A stretch of DNA of 64,000 nucleotides, from the IMG/VR virus record IMGVR_UViG_3300010344_001225. One strand, 5' to 3'. Source of the DNA: an uncultured virus (IMG/VR IMGVR_UViG_3300010344_001225). Its lineage: Duplodnaviria; Heunggongvirae; Uroviricota; Caudoviricetes. Every line of letters begins with the position of its first letter. Position 1 is the stretch's first letter. Shown one piece after another: positions 55,077 to 64,000 of this stretch. The notes beneath the pieces were generated by a model. It worked only from the letters and a program-made list of their open reading frames with translations. It ran no database searches and was not told where the DNA came from. The translations under genes were made by a program, and so were the position numbers.

Positions 55077-56514
55077 TTGTCACCTCATACTTAAAGGGAT
55101 TCTTGCCCTTCCGGAAATCATCCACCAAGGTTCTTGCAAGGTCGGCTTTTCCTTTCAGGGCTTTCAATACTTTTTCATCGACGGTCTTTTCAGCAATCAG
55201 ATAGACATATGTGCAGGGATACTTCTGTCCGGCACGGTGAATACGAGCTTTTGCCTGTTCAAAGTTCGCCATACTGTAATCCAGCGAGTAGAAAACCATC
55301 GTGCTTGCGGCTGTCAGCGTAATACCCATACCCGCCGTTGCAATCTGTCCGACAAAAACCATCGTGTCAGGGTCTTTCTGAAACCTTGCCACCTGTTCTT
55401 CCCTGTCCTTCACGCCTCCGGCAATCACTGAGTAACCGATGTCTTTGCTTTCAAGCATCTTCTTGATGGCTTCAATCTCCGCCACGAAACGGGCAATGAC
55501 CACAATCTTCTGTCCTTCCTGCACCGATGCATCAATAAGGTCTGACAACACTTCCATCTTGGCGGTGCTTACTTCTTCCGCTCGGCTTGAATCATCCGCA
55601 CAGAGGAAACCTCCGGTAAGCTGTGACAACCTTAGAATACGGGTCAGCACATTGGTGACGGTGAGCTCTCCCTTGGAAAGCTCCGCATAGGATTCCTCCA
55701 CCAGTCCGCTGTACAGCTTCATGGCTTTCGGCTCCAGCTTGATTTTGTGAACGATGTCCGTCACTTCCGGCAGATCCAGACAGTCGGCTTTTCTCGCACG
55801 GAATGCGATACTGTGCATCCGTTTCATGAATTCCTCTTCTTTTTCTTTCTTCATCACCGGCGTGTGATTGCCGTAGCCGGTCATATTGAAGAAGCGAGTG
55901 CGGAAAGAGTAAAAGCTCGATCCGAAAATGCGGGGATCGGTGAACTTATACTGACTGAAAATATCAATGGCTTTGTTGGTGATGGGTGTGCCGGTCAAAA
56001 GCAGCCGGTATTTTGCCTGTACGCCGAGATGGTGCATTGCCTTGGAAGCCTGGGTTTTATGTGATTTCATTTTGTGTCCTTCATCCGCAATGATCATGTC
56101 CGGTGACCAGTCGGAGAGTTCCTTTTCAAGCCGCCAGCAGCTTTCATAATTCACAACCACGACCTGCAGACCGTTTCCACGAAACCATCTCAGCTGTTCA
56201 CGCTTCTTGTCGCTTGTCCCCTCCAGCACTTCCAGGGTGTAAGGAAAATCGGCGAACTTTTCAAATTCCTCTTTCCAAACACCGAGGATGGAGAGCGGAG
56301 CCACGATCAGCAGTCGGTTGATCCGCATTTCTTCCGAAAGCGTCCCCGCCACCGCAATGGCGGTCAGCGTCTTACCAGTTCCCATTTCCATGAGCAGGCT
56401 TGCTCCACCGCTGCCACCGTTCTGCCGGAATGTCTTCAAGACGAAGTCGTAGGCATCTTTCTGATGACGATAGGCATTTACCTTGATCGGCATTGCCGAT
56501 GCATCAGCTTTCAT
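55069..56514 (-). CDS. SNF2-like helicase
   Basis: EMGTGKT, DEGH, LTGTP, GMGITL, QAKARIHRAGQ. Confidence 0.93.
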   Translation of the reverse strand: MKADASAMPIKVNAYRHQKDAYDFVLKTFRQNGGSGGASLLMEMGTGKTLTAIAVAGTLSEEMRINRLLIVAPLSILGVWKEEFEKFADFPYTLEVLEGTSDKKREQLRWFRGNGLQVVVVNYESCWRLEKELSDWSPDMIIADEGHKMKSHKTQASKAMHHLGVQAKYRLLLTGTPITNKAIDIFSQYKFTDPRIFGSSFYSFRTRFFNMTGYGNHTPVMKKEKEEEFMKRMHSIAFRARKADCLDLPEVTDIVHKIKLEPKAMKLYSGLVEESYAELSKGELTVTNVLTRILRLSQLTGGFLCADDSSRAEEVSTAKMEVLSDLIDASVQEGQKIVVIARFVAEIEAIKKMLESKDIGYSVIAGGVKDREEQVARFQKDPDTMVFVGQIATAGMGITLTAASTMVFYSLDYSMANFEQAKARIHRAGQKYPCTYVYLIAEKTVDEKVLKALKGKADLARTLVDDFRKGKNPFKYEVTNG

Positions 56515-57052
56515 GACGGACCTCTTCTCCGCTTATCCAGTCAGAAATGAATAGAATGAAAGAGATATCCATCGGACGAATTCCTACATAATCTCCTACT
56601 TTCTGGGCAAAGGGATAAGACCTGTTGTCTTCATATTTCAGATTTCTCAATCTGAATCTTTCGAAGATTTCAATCAGTTTCGCATAAGCATCCAACGGAG
56701 CATCGCAATAGCGCACTGTAATATCCGATTCCTTCGCCTGCCTGATCTCTGCCTGCATACCTTCAGAAATACGCTCTCCAAATACCCACAGTTCGTCACA
56801 GCCGCAGAGCAACTCTCTTCCAAGAAGCATTCCTTTTTCACGTTCATTCGGATTGTTGTCATCCATAAACTGCGGAAAGAACAAATGCGGTGCGATAGGT
56901 ACCATGCCAAGCTCTGTCACCAAGCGGCAGGCAGACTGTGCAAGTTTTATATTGTTCTGTTTCTCCTCTTCTGCTCTTTCTGGTTCTCTGCTAACCGGAC
57001 GAAAGGGTGAGCAGACAAACACCTTCGTCATCGGTTCATTGGGTAGTTTCAT
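56504..57052 (-). CDS. Nucleoside deoxyribosyltransferase-like (DUF4406-type) protein
   Basis: VFVCSPF, PIAPHL.FPQF, CDELWVFG..ISEGM..E. Confidence 0.75.
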   Translation of the reverse strand: MKLPNEPMTKVFVCSPFRPVSREPERAEEEKQNNIKLAQSACRLVTELGMVPIAPHLFFPQFMDDNNPNEREKGMLLGRELLCGCDELWVFGERISEGMQAEIRQAKESDITVRYCDAPLDAYAKLIEIFERFRLRNLKYEDNRSYPFAQKVGDYVGIRPMDISFILFISDWISGEEVRHES

Positions 57053-57055
57053 CTT

Positions 57056-57271
57056 CTATGCCTCCTGTACGCATTTTTCATTACTGCAGTTTTGATCAAG
57101 GTCCACGATCTGAACCTCTGCTACGTCACAGCCGGGAACAAGAATCGTGACTTTCTCTGACTGTCCGAACAGCCAGTTCATGATCCACTTTTTGATTTTC
57201 TTTTCCCGGCAGGAGACAATGCCTCCGCTGTCCATCTTCTGGGAGACTTTGATTCTCAGTGCATTTCTCAT
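57056..57271 (-). CDS. Small phage hypothetical protein
   Basis: GIVSCR, VTILVPG; AAAGGAGG RBS. Confidence 0.7.
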   Translation of the reverse strand: MRNALRIKVSQKMDSGGIVSCREKKIKKWIMNWLFGQSEKVTILVPGCDVAEVQIVDLDQNCSNEKCVQEA

Positions 57272-57350
57272 GGGGTGACCTCCTTTCCAAGATTCGAAGG
57301 AACATGTCCCTCTATTACCTTTGCGAAAAGGAGGCGTTTTGTGGGGTACC

Positions 57351-57890
57351 TCATTGAAATTTTTCTGATATTTTTTTCAGAGCCTTTTGCACACCGTTTA
57401 AGGAATCGCGTACCGTAGAAAAGTCAACGCCCTCTTCTTTTGCAATCTCCCTTAAAGTTTTGTGTGCAATATAGTGTGCAATCACACGTCTTTTCTGAAT
57501 TTCAGTAATTGAAGAAAACAACTCCGCAAGAATAGCTTCCGCTTCCGTCTGGCATTCCTTTCCCTGCAAAATCTTTTCCGGATTGAAGGTGTCATCCGGA
57601 ACAAGATCTAAGCGATCAACTTCTTCCTCACCCTCAAAACCTTCATCCGCTTTTACTGTCTGCTTCTTGTCCTGCAGATACCAATACCGCCGGTCGCTGT
57701 TATAGTGGTCAGCGTTCATTTCATCCATGATCTGCTGTGCAGTACGAGGGGTAACCTCGTTGCCTTTTTCCTGCCGTCTCTGCGCATAATCGATCTGCAC
57801 CCAACGGTCAGCTTCGCTTTCGTCAATTTCGATTCTCTGGTAGGTTGCCTTACCGTCTTTGTCCAGTCCGTCATACAAATAAAGTTTCAT
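57351..57890 (-). CDS. Sigma-70 region 4-like regulator
   Basis: ITEIQKRR...TLREIAKEEGVDFSTVRDSL. Confidence 0.8.
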   Translation of the reverse strand: MKLYLYDGLDKDGKATYQRIEIDESEADRWVQIDYAQRRQEKGNEVTPRTAQQIMDEMNADHYNSDRRYWYLQDKKQTVKADEGFEGEEEVDRLDLVPDDTFNPEKILQGKECQTEAEAILAELFSSITEIQKRRVIAHYIAHKTLREIAKEEGVDFSTVRDSLNGVQKALKKISEKFQ

Positions 57891-58282
57891 AATTCTGCCC
57901 TTTCTGCCGGACACAGTGGACAGAGGAAAACAAAAACGGGCTCCGATGAAGCTGTTATCAGCGACACCTGGAGCCCGTCCATCCATTCAAAGACGCACAA
58001 GACCAAGGGTATCTGATACGCTTCTTTTCGCAGCGGCAAATACCGCAACTTTTCTCGTATTTGATATCCTCTGTCCGTATGCATCCGGACCTTTGATATT
58101 TATTTTTTATAACTTATTTTCCCTATGGGAACAAAAAAGCCGAAGCAGATGGTCACATACAAACACAGAAATAACTGTCCTCATATGCAACTCATCCACT
58201 TCGGCTTCACTCTGGACGGTTTCCAAGCCGTCCGGTTTGCTCAAAAGTGTTTCGTGCGGAAAATGTTCTCGACAATCTATGG

Positions 58283-58597
58283 TTACTCGATACGATTCGG
58301 CTCTGCAGCCTGCACAAAACTGTCATCGGGGGAATCGCTCCGTATAACATTTGTGGCCATATCGCATGATTGCCTGAGTTTGACTACATTCGGGTTCCGC
58401 TTTTTACTCCCTTTCAATCGCTGCTGAGATTTCAGGGAAGGATTCAGTGCCTGCAATTGCAGGTCTGTAAACTTGAGTGCACAGTTTTTACTTTCCAGTA
58501 TCACCTCGCCTTGTTCGTTTTCCCGTCTCATACAGAAGAGCTTTCCGTCCTCTGAATAAATTGGATAATCCGTTCTTAATTTCATGTGAAAGCTCAC
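58283..58597 (-). CDS. Hypothetical protein, first gene of the probable early operon
   Basis: GAGGAGGTG RBS; ORF 104 aa. Confidence 0.55.
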   Translation of the reverse strand: MSFHMKLRTDYPIYSEDGKLFCMRRENEQGEVILESKNCALKFTDLQLQALNPSLKSQQRLKGSKKRNPNVVKLRQSCDMATNVIRSDSPDDSFVQAAEPNRIE

Positions 58598-58686
58598 CTC
58601 CTCAAAGTTCGCTTTGTTAGCAATTGTTGTTTACACTAAGGGCCAAAAAATCGGGGTCGAGAGGTTACCTCAACCCCGTAATTCGA

Positions 58687-59463
58687 TTAATAATACATTG
58701 CGAAAGAAGCCCGATACAAATCCCGGTCGACAAACAGTCCAAGCTGCGTCATACGAATCTGTGCAGCCTGTTTTGATACGCAGAATTGTTCAGCAACATC
58801 TTCTACAACCTGATACACCTTATTCTTCCGGTCTTCTCCTTCTACGAGAAAACCACGACAGATGCCTACATGACGTATTACACTGCTGGCATATTCTTTG
58901 AAAGTGCTCCTCGGCATCAGGATGGCAGCGGCAAAATGGTCAGCCTGCCACTCTTCCCAGTCGCTGTCGGTCTTTTCCCTGTTATATTTACTGCGTTCAA
59001 TGCTTTCAGTTCTGCAGGCAATATAACTGTTGGCTTTTGCCGTGCGCAACTCAAACTGCTGATTGTCCGGGGAATGATACGGTCTGTGACAAACCCAGTG
59101 TCCGGTTTCATGCGCCTTGGTAAAGCGTTCTCTCGGCAAATTGTCTCTGCCGATCAGACTGTAATCAATCACAATCGTTCCGGCGGGAATATGACACGTG
59201 CTTGGTCTGTACATCATATCCAGCATCGGAATTGTCGCATCGTCAAATGCAATCAGACCGAGAATTGATCCATCATAGCAGATGTGCTGATGTTGAATAT
59301 CCAGGTAGAAACACTCCTGCGCCAGATGATCAATGTCAACTGCCCTCGGATATTCAAGGGCATACGGCATGTGTTCTTTCAGAATTGCCGTTGCAATATC
59401 GTCAAAGTCTCCGCTTTTCAGAATGTACATACCGTTTGACTTCATGGGGTAATTCAGTTTCAA
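58687..59463 (-). CDS. ImmA/IrrE-family metallopeptidase
   Basis: RFTKAHETGH, EWQADHFAAAILMP, FCVSKQAA.IR. Confidence 0.92.
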   Translation of the reverse strand: MKLNYPMKSNGMYILKSGDFDDIATAILKEHMPYALEYPRAVDIDHLAQECFYLDIQHQHICYDGSILGLIAFDDATIPMLDMMYRPSTCHIPAGTIVIDYSLIGRDNLPRERFTKAHETGHWVCHRPYHSPDNQQFELRTAKANSYIACRTESIERSKYNREKTDSDWEEWQADHFAAAILMPRSTFKEYASSVIRHVGICRGFLVEGEDRKNKVYQVVEDVAEQFCVSKQAAQIRMTQLGLFVDRDLYRASFAMYY

Positions 59464-59603
59464 TGCTCTCATCCTCCAATCTTGTATCCCAGCAGATAAA
59501 GACACCAATAGCACTGTTGCCTGCTCTCTCTGCCATGCGTGACTTATAAATTCCGGCTTTGTAGGGCGGTGTAACAGTGCTACATCGTCAGGCGATAAAC
59601 GCC

Positions 59604-60026
59604 TTATTTATCTGATACAGAAGATTCGTCAGACTGGGAATCAATTGATTCGATGAATGCTTCCCACTGCGCATCCGATATATCATTGTCTCTTGCTTTG
59701 CGAAGCGCCACCCTCGCAAGCGAACTTTTGCCTAAATACGGGCCGATGTCCTCGTACTTAAATCCCTTTGATGCTGATGCCAGATCCTCGAATTCTGTAA
59801 TCATGTCTTCCGGCACCCCGAGTGCTTTTCGGATCAATTCAAAACATTTTGTCGGTGCGGCTCTGTTGCCTTTCTCTATATCACTCAGATATGCTGGGGT
59901 GATATCCAACTCGGCGGCAAAGCCACGTATGGTTTTCCCCAGTTCCTCCCGGCGTTGTTTTACGAACTGTCCGAAAGTTCTCTCGTCAAATTCTTTGTTG
60001 TTTTCTATAAACTCTCTTAAATTCAT
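59604..60026 (-). CDS. XRE-family repressor
   Basis: FGQFVKQRR...ITPAYLSDIEKGNR; upstream of immA. Confidence 0.9.
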   Translation of the reverse strand: MNLREFIENNKEFDERTFGQFVKQRREELGKTIRGFAAELDITPAYLSDIEKGNRAAPTKCFELIRKALGVPEDMITEFEDLASASKGFKYEDIGPYLGKSSLARVALRKARDNDISDAQWEAFIESIDSQSDESSVSDK

Positions 60027-60222
60027 GATATCCGATACCTTTCTTTGCAGCTTTGGCCTATGGCATCGTCCTACGATGCAGCTACGGACAATGATTCTTA
60101 CCGAACCATAGAAATCGCCTTTACTTCCGACGCAGGCAGCGCTTGGATATCAGCAGCATGTTTCTGGTCGAAAGCACACAGCCATAATTGCAGCAATCGC
60201 TGTGTTCGCTTTTCTTGTTAAC

Positions 60223-60251
60223 ATTATAGCAAAGAAAAATCCACTCGTCAA
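60223..60251 (-). promoter_or_regulatory. SigA promoter of xre-immA
   Basis: TTGACG-17 bp-TATAAT with extended TG. Confidence 0.8.
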
Positions 60252-60301
60252 TGCCTTTCTCAAAAAATTCAAAAACATTTCACAAGTGGACAGATTATTC
60301 T

Positions 60302-61087
60302 CTATTCGCCTGTTTGATTGCTATAAAACTCATCGAGGTATTTCGCCTGATGGATGGTAATGCCGATATTCGGATAGGCTGCCTTCAGGGCTTCAATATC
60401 CTTTTCAAGCGCAGCGGAACCGAGGTTCCAATACGTCACGGTTTCTTCCAACCCCTTCTCCCTCGCAGGATCAGATATTTCAAGAGCAACCTGACAGACC
60501 TTATTGAACTTTCGGCACAGCTCAACTTCTGTCCGAACATTTTCTACAGCCGTGCTGCAATAATAATCCATGACAATCAGTTCATCACAATTCTGGATGA
60601 TTGTCTGCAGTGTTTCTTCCCCATAGACGGTATCTACCCAATAAGGAATACACAGGCACAGCCTGATTCCGAGAGAAGTTGCTTGGCTGTATGCTTGTGT
60701 AACCAAGTCCAAATATTGTGGCGTGTCCACTGCACCGTTAGAATTGTACCATTCGGCATCTATAGCCAATGTCCTGACCGATGATTTACCGACCGCCTCT
60801 ACACAATCAAGTGCTTCTTTCGCTGTCCAGTTACTATCGCCGTCAATGTAGGCAATATGAATCCCGGCATCTTCAAACGCATCGACCGAGCCGAGATTTT
60901 TTCGATCAAACTGCACAAAGACCCGGTCGTATGGTTCAGCCATTTCTGTATTGATATGATCCCAAGACCATGCAATAAGGTCGTTGCTCGGACCGGCTAC
61001 AGGTTCATATGCTTTTTTGATTTTGGTTTTTCCGCATCCGGTCATCAGAAATCCCAATGCTAAAAGAAATATCGTCAATCTTTTCAT
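60302..61087 (-). CDS. Lipoprotein with possible TIM-barrel glycoside hydrolase-like domain
   Basis: Lipobox LMTG-C; IDAEWY, CIPYW.D, VMDY, ALE pattern. Confidence 0.6.
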   Translation of the reverse strand: MKRLTIFLLALGFLMTGCGKTKIKKAYEPVAGPSNDLIAWSWDHINTEMAEPYDRVFVQFDRKNLGSVDAFEDAGIHIAYIDGDSNWTAKEALDCVEAVGKSSVRTLAIDAEWYNSNGAVDTPQYLDLVTQAYSQATSLGIRLCLCIPYWVDTVYGEETLQTIIQNCDELIVMDYYCSTAVENVRTEVELCRKFNKVCQVALEISDPAREKGLEETVTYWNLGSAALEKDIEALKAAYPNIGITIHQAKYLDEFYSNQTGE

Positions 61088-61827
61088 TCATTCTCATCTT
61101 TCATTTCTATGATTACAAGTTCCATGGGATTGAATAGTCTCGGCACGCTTGCTGGATTCGATAGCCCCGCAGATACAATCATTTTTCCGTACTGTCCTCT
61201 GCTATATTTCGGAAATAATCCTTGCCCCGGTGCAAATATCCCTCGACCGAAAAAACGCCATTGTCCACCGTGGGTATGGCCGCTAAAGACATAATCCACA
61301 TAATCTTTGATTAAATCGTAGTATTCAGGGTGGTGGCACAAAAGCAGGCTTTTGAATCCTTCCGGTTTTTTCCGCATCCACTCAATATCCGGTAGCGGTG
61401 CTTTTTCAGTTGCTCCTTCCAGACCATAATGTTTTGCCGAAGTCAAGCCACCGATCCACACATCTCCAAACCTCATCCACTTGTCTTCAAGAAGAACTGC
61501 TCCGGTAGCTTTTACCCGTTCACGATATTCATTATTACATCCATGTTCATGATTTCCTCGTGAATAATACACGGGCGAAATCTGAACAGCGGTTTCCAAA
61601 AACTCAAGTGCTCTTTTCTGCTCTTGTAATCGCCGCTCATGTTTTACCGAATCAACCACTCTACCTTCGGGTTCGTCTATGGTACATAAGTCACCCGGTA
61701 TGGCGATCAAGTCAGGCTGTTCTGCTTTCAATGCCGTAATCAATTCCTCTGTAGGTTCTCCATGAAGATCTGCCACAACAGCGATCTTTAATGTTGGGCC
61801 TTTTATTTTGTATCTCGTTACCTTCAA
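61084..61827 (-). CDS. Calcineurin-like metallophosphoesterase
   Basis: ADLH, GD, GNHE, CHHP, SGHTHGGQ. Confidence 0.92.
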   Translation of the reverse strand: MKVTRYKIKGPTLKIAVVADLHGEPTEELITALKAEQPDLIAIPGDLCTIDEPEGRVVDSVKHERRLQEQKRALEFLETAVQISPVYYSRGNHEHGCNNEYRERVKATGAVLLEDKWMRFGDVWIGGLTSAKHYGLEGATEKAPLPDIEWMRKKPEGFKSLLLCHHPEYYDLIKDYVDYVFSGHTHGGQWRFFGRGIFAPGQGLFPKYSRGQYGKMIVSAGLSNPASVPRLFNPMELVIIEMKDENE

Positions 61828-61914
61828 GAAAAATCACCTCGCTTTTTCGGATTCGTAGTAAGTGATCTTACCATAAAAGTGCGGGATAGTGTTGTCTGAA
61901 ATGATAAATTTCTT

Positions 61915-62859
61915 CTACGATTTCTTCCCCGTCAACTTTTTCAACATTGCTATTGCAGCTTCACATTCCCAGTCATTTTCAACTGTTTTTGCCAATGTTC
62001 CAAGGCAATAAAGCCATTTTGCATCTACATTCCAGTATGCTCCGTAATTCTCGCTGTCATTATTTGCATTCTCTTTTTCCAAAGCATAAAGTTTATGATC
62101 GCAAAAACGGGTTAATGCAGCAAAGTCTTCTGCGGTACTTCCGCTCAAAGCATCAAAACCCAGAGCCATTTCCGGGGTTACTTCCCGCATGGCTTCGAGC
62201 GACGGATCGGTGAGCAGATAAGCAATATACATACCGAGCGTATAGTAATCTATCGTTCCATTCGATAAAAACGACTGACCGAATAGTGAAAAAGCAGTAT
62301 CCTGTACAATAAATCTATGCCGATAAAGGTATGAGCCAGAAGCCACCCCGTCCTGTGTTTCCTTTTGTGAAATATACTCTTCGTAAACACGATTAGCGAT
62401 AGCCTCGGCGATGCATTCCGACCAGATCATTGCCCCCAGTTTTACAGTTTTGATTTCTTCGCTGTCGATTTTTATCGCATCAGAAACTTTTGCATAATCC
62501 GGACTTGAAATCGCAGATATGGCATGTCCGGCTTCGTGGAACAGCACCCTTGCAAACTCGTTTTCGTCTTTGATCTTTCTGTAAAACATCAGAATCAGAA
62601 AGTTCGTTTTGTCTGATGAGGAAATTGTCTCACCTTTTGTTGTCCTTGTATGCTCAAAAGGCTCTAGTCCAAGTTCTGCAAAGCAAGCCGTTCTTTTTTC
62701 ACCGGAATCTGCTAAAAGACGAATATGCTCCGGCGTGATTCTGTATTCATTCGCATTGGCTGGAATACCGTCGGCACTGATTTCAAATTGGTGGTAAATA
62801 TAGTTATTGAAGAAATCCAATAACTCCAGCACAATTTCTTGTAGTTCTACTTTCTTCAT
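61915..62859 (-). CDS. HExxH metallopeptidase-like hypothetical protein
   Basis: VLFHEAGH...WSECIAE. Confidence 0.65.
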   Translation of the reverse strand: MKKVELQEIVLELLDFFNNYIYHQFEISADGIPANANEYRITPEHIRLLADSGEKRTACFAELGLEPFEHTRTTKGETISSSDKTNFLILMFYRKIKDENEFARVLFHEAGHAISAISSPDYAKVSDAIKIDSEEIKTVKLGAMIWSECIAEAIANRVYEEYISQKETQDGVASGSYLYRHRFIVQDTAFSLFGQSFLSNGTIDYYTLGMYIAYLLTDPSLEAMREVTPEMALGFDALSGSTAEDFAALTRFCDHKLYALEKENANNDSENYGAYWNVDAKWLYCLGTLAKTVENDWECEAAIAMLKKLTGKKS

Positions 62860-63608
62860 AGTCCGTCTCCATTTTCTTGTTTTCCCGTTACCCTTCCCAT
62901 TTTTTCTTTAATCTTTTCGCTGACCTCTATCAAGCCAAAACGATAAAAAATCGGGAATAAATAACTGATTCCACGGCTGTCCGATAAATCCTTCGGTCGT
63001 TCATATACCTTGCCATCCTCTATCTGTTCAAAAGCCAACAGCACCGAACTCCACACCAGGCTCTTCCCTTCGGTTCTGTCGATCCACAGCTCTTTGGTGT
63101 AGGCTCCATTTCTGCCTTTTTTGATTTCATACCTGAATCTCAATCCAGTAGCTGTGCGGAATTCATAATTCCGAAAAAGCAGTATTGCTTCCCACAAAGA
63201 TGCTTCATCAGAATGCTCTTGGAGCTTCTGCATCGCCGCCTTCCGCTTCCTATACAGATCGCACCACTCAGCATTGGAGCTGATGTCTTCTTCTTTGTAT
63301 GGAATTTTTTTATATGGCAAATACGAATTGATGGATGCGCGGGACAAACCGGTCGTCCTGATAATCTCATCGATATTTCGTCCTGCTGCCTGCAGTTTCA
63401 GAATATCCTCTGTTTGTTGATACTTAATTCTCCCCGCTGTAATAAGGAGCTTTTTTACTTTGAGCGGTGCAAGATCTAGTTCATCTGCTGTGGCTTTGAT
63501 TTCCTTTGTTTCATCAAAAACTTCACACACAGTAGATAGTATTCTGTTCAACACTTCTTGCGGATTATAATTTGGTTTATTGAGCGGTCGCCCTCTTTTC
63601 GCTGTCAA
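62856..63608 (-). CDS. Probable DNA-binding protein
   Basis: KRGRP, KVKKLLITAG, GLSRASINSYLPY, F.TATGL.F.Y. Confidence 0.7.
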   Translation of the reverse strand: MTAKRGRPLNKPNYNPQEVLNRILSTVCEVFDETKEIKATADELDLAPLKVKKLLITAGRIKYQQTEDILKLQAAGRNIDEIIRTTGLSRASINSYLPYKKIPYKEEDISSNAEWCDLYRKRKAAMQKLQEHSDEASLWEAILLFRNYEFRTATGLRFRYEIKKGRNGAYTKELWIDRTEGKSLVWSSVLLAFEQIEDGKVYERPKDLSDSRGISYLFPIFYRFGLIEVSEKIKEKMGRVTGKQENGDGL

Positions 63609-63687
63609 TCTATTTCACCTTCTGCTATACAACAACAATTGCTCTTCTTTTATTTTGCCGTCAATCTACTTCCTTGACTCTGAAAAA

Positions 63688-63717
63688 ATCTCCTCACATT
63701 TTGAGCGAGAGGAGATT
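63688..63717 (-). terminator. Terminator after capF/wbjC
   Basis: aatctcctc...gaggagatt stem with T run on the minus strand. Confidence 0.65.
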
Positions 63718-63739
63718 TAATCCTCAATTCGTAAAGGCC

Positions 63740-64000
63740 TTACACCTTTTCGAAGAATGTATCCGGCTTATTGGGATCAAACTGCTCGTTTGCCCACATA
63801 ACCGTTACAAGGTTCTCAGTATCGGAAAGATTGATAATATTATGCGTATACCCCGGAAGCATATGAACAGCTTCTATCTTATCTCCGCTAACTTCAAACT
63901 CAAGAACCTCATCAGTTCCGATTTTTCTTTCCTGAATCAATCCATGGCCGGAAACAACAATGAAGAATTCCCATTTACTGTTGTGCCAGTGCTGCCCCTT
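63740..64000 (-). CDS. wbjC: 3' end of CapF/WbjC (UDP-L-FucNAc pathway), cupin domain; partial
   Basis: KGQHWHNSKWEFFIVVSG...PGYTHNIIN...MWANEQFDPNKPDTF. Confidence 0.88.
   Translation of the reverse strand, partial: KGQHWHNSKWEFFIVVSGHGLIQERKIGTDEVLEFEVSGDKIEAVHMLPGYTHNIINLSDTENLVTVMWANEQFDPNKPDTFFEKV

Larger units (their letters stand above)
13551..60260 (-). mobile_element. Siphovirus prophage, apparently intact (HK97-like head, serine integrase triplet); ends approximate
   Basis: Co-oriented modules: immunity, replication, modification, packaging, head, tail, lysis, recombinases. Confidence 0.92.

Noticed and set aside
63604..63740. Prophage attR direct repeat
   Set aside because: No convincing match to 13484-13550 or to the 379/472 arm; serine integrase cores are too short to call by eye

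Overview
Bacillota (Firmicutes)-type chromosomal DNA, almost all coded on the minus strand, in which a surface-polysaccharide locus is interleaved with mobile DNA. Left to right: (1) 1-400, joined fragments of a glycosyltransferase and of a second PEP-mutase gene, broken at a 23-bp repeat; (2) about 600-7060, a recombinase module (XRE regulator, AAA_25/RepA-like ATPase, two apparently inactive resolvase pieces, a 651-aa large serine recombinase, two proteins paralogous to its C-terminal tail) ending in a regular array of palindromic sites at 977-1238, whose half-sites recur upstream of the operon at 6480-6531; (3) 7084-13483, a hydroxyethylphosphonate operon (triple-domain pepM, O-acyltransferase with a G8 tract, reductase, ppd) divergent from an XRE fused to a degenerate IspD domain; (4) about 13.5-60.3 kb, an apparently intact siphovirus prophage with three tandem serine recombinases, lysis, tail and head genes, a metK / three methyltransferases / radical SAM / thioredoxin cluster, PolA-primase replication genes and an XRE-ImmA pair; (5) four accessory genes and the 3' end of a capF/wbjC capsule gene. 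The best candidate for an undescribed system is the recombinase module with its site array. All calls come from motifs read by eye; no database search was run and prophage att sites were not located.
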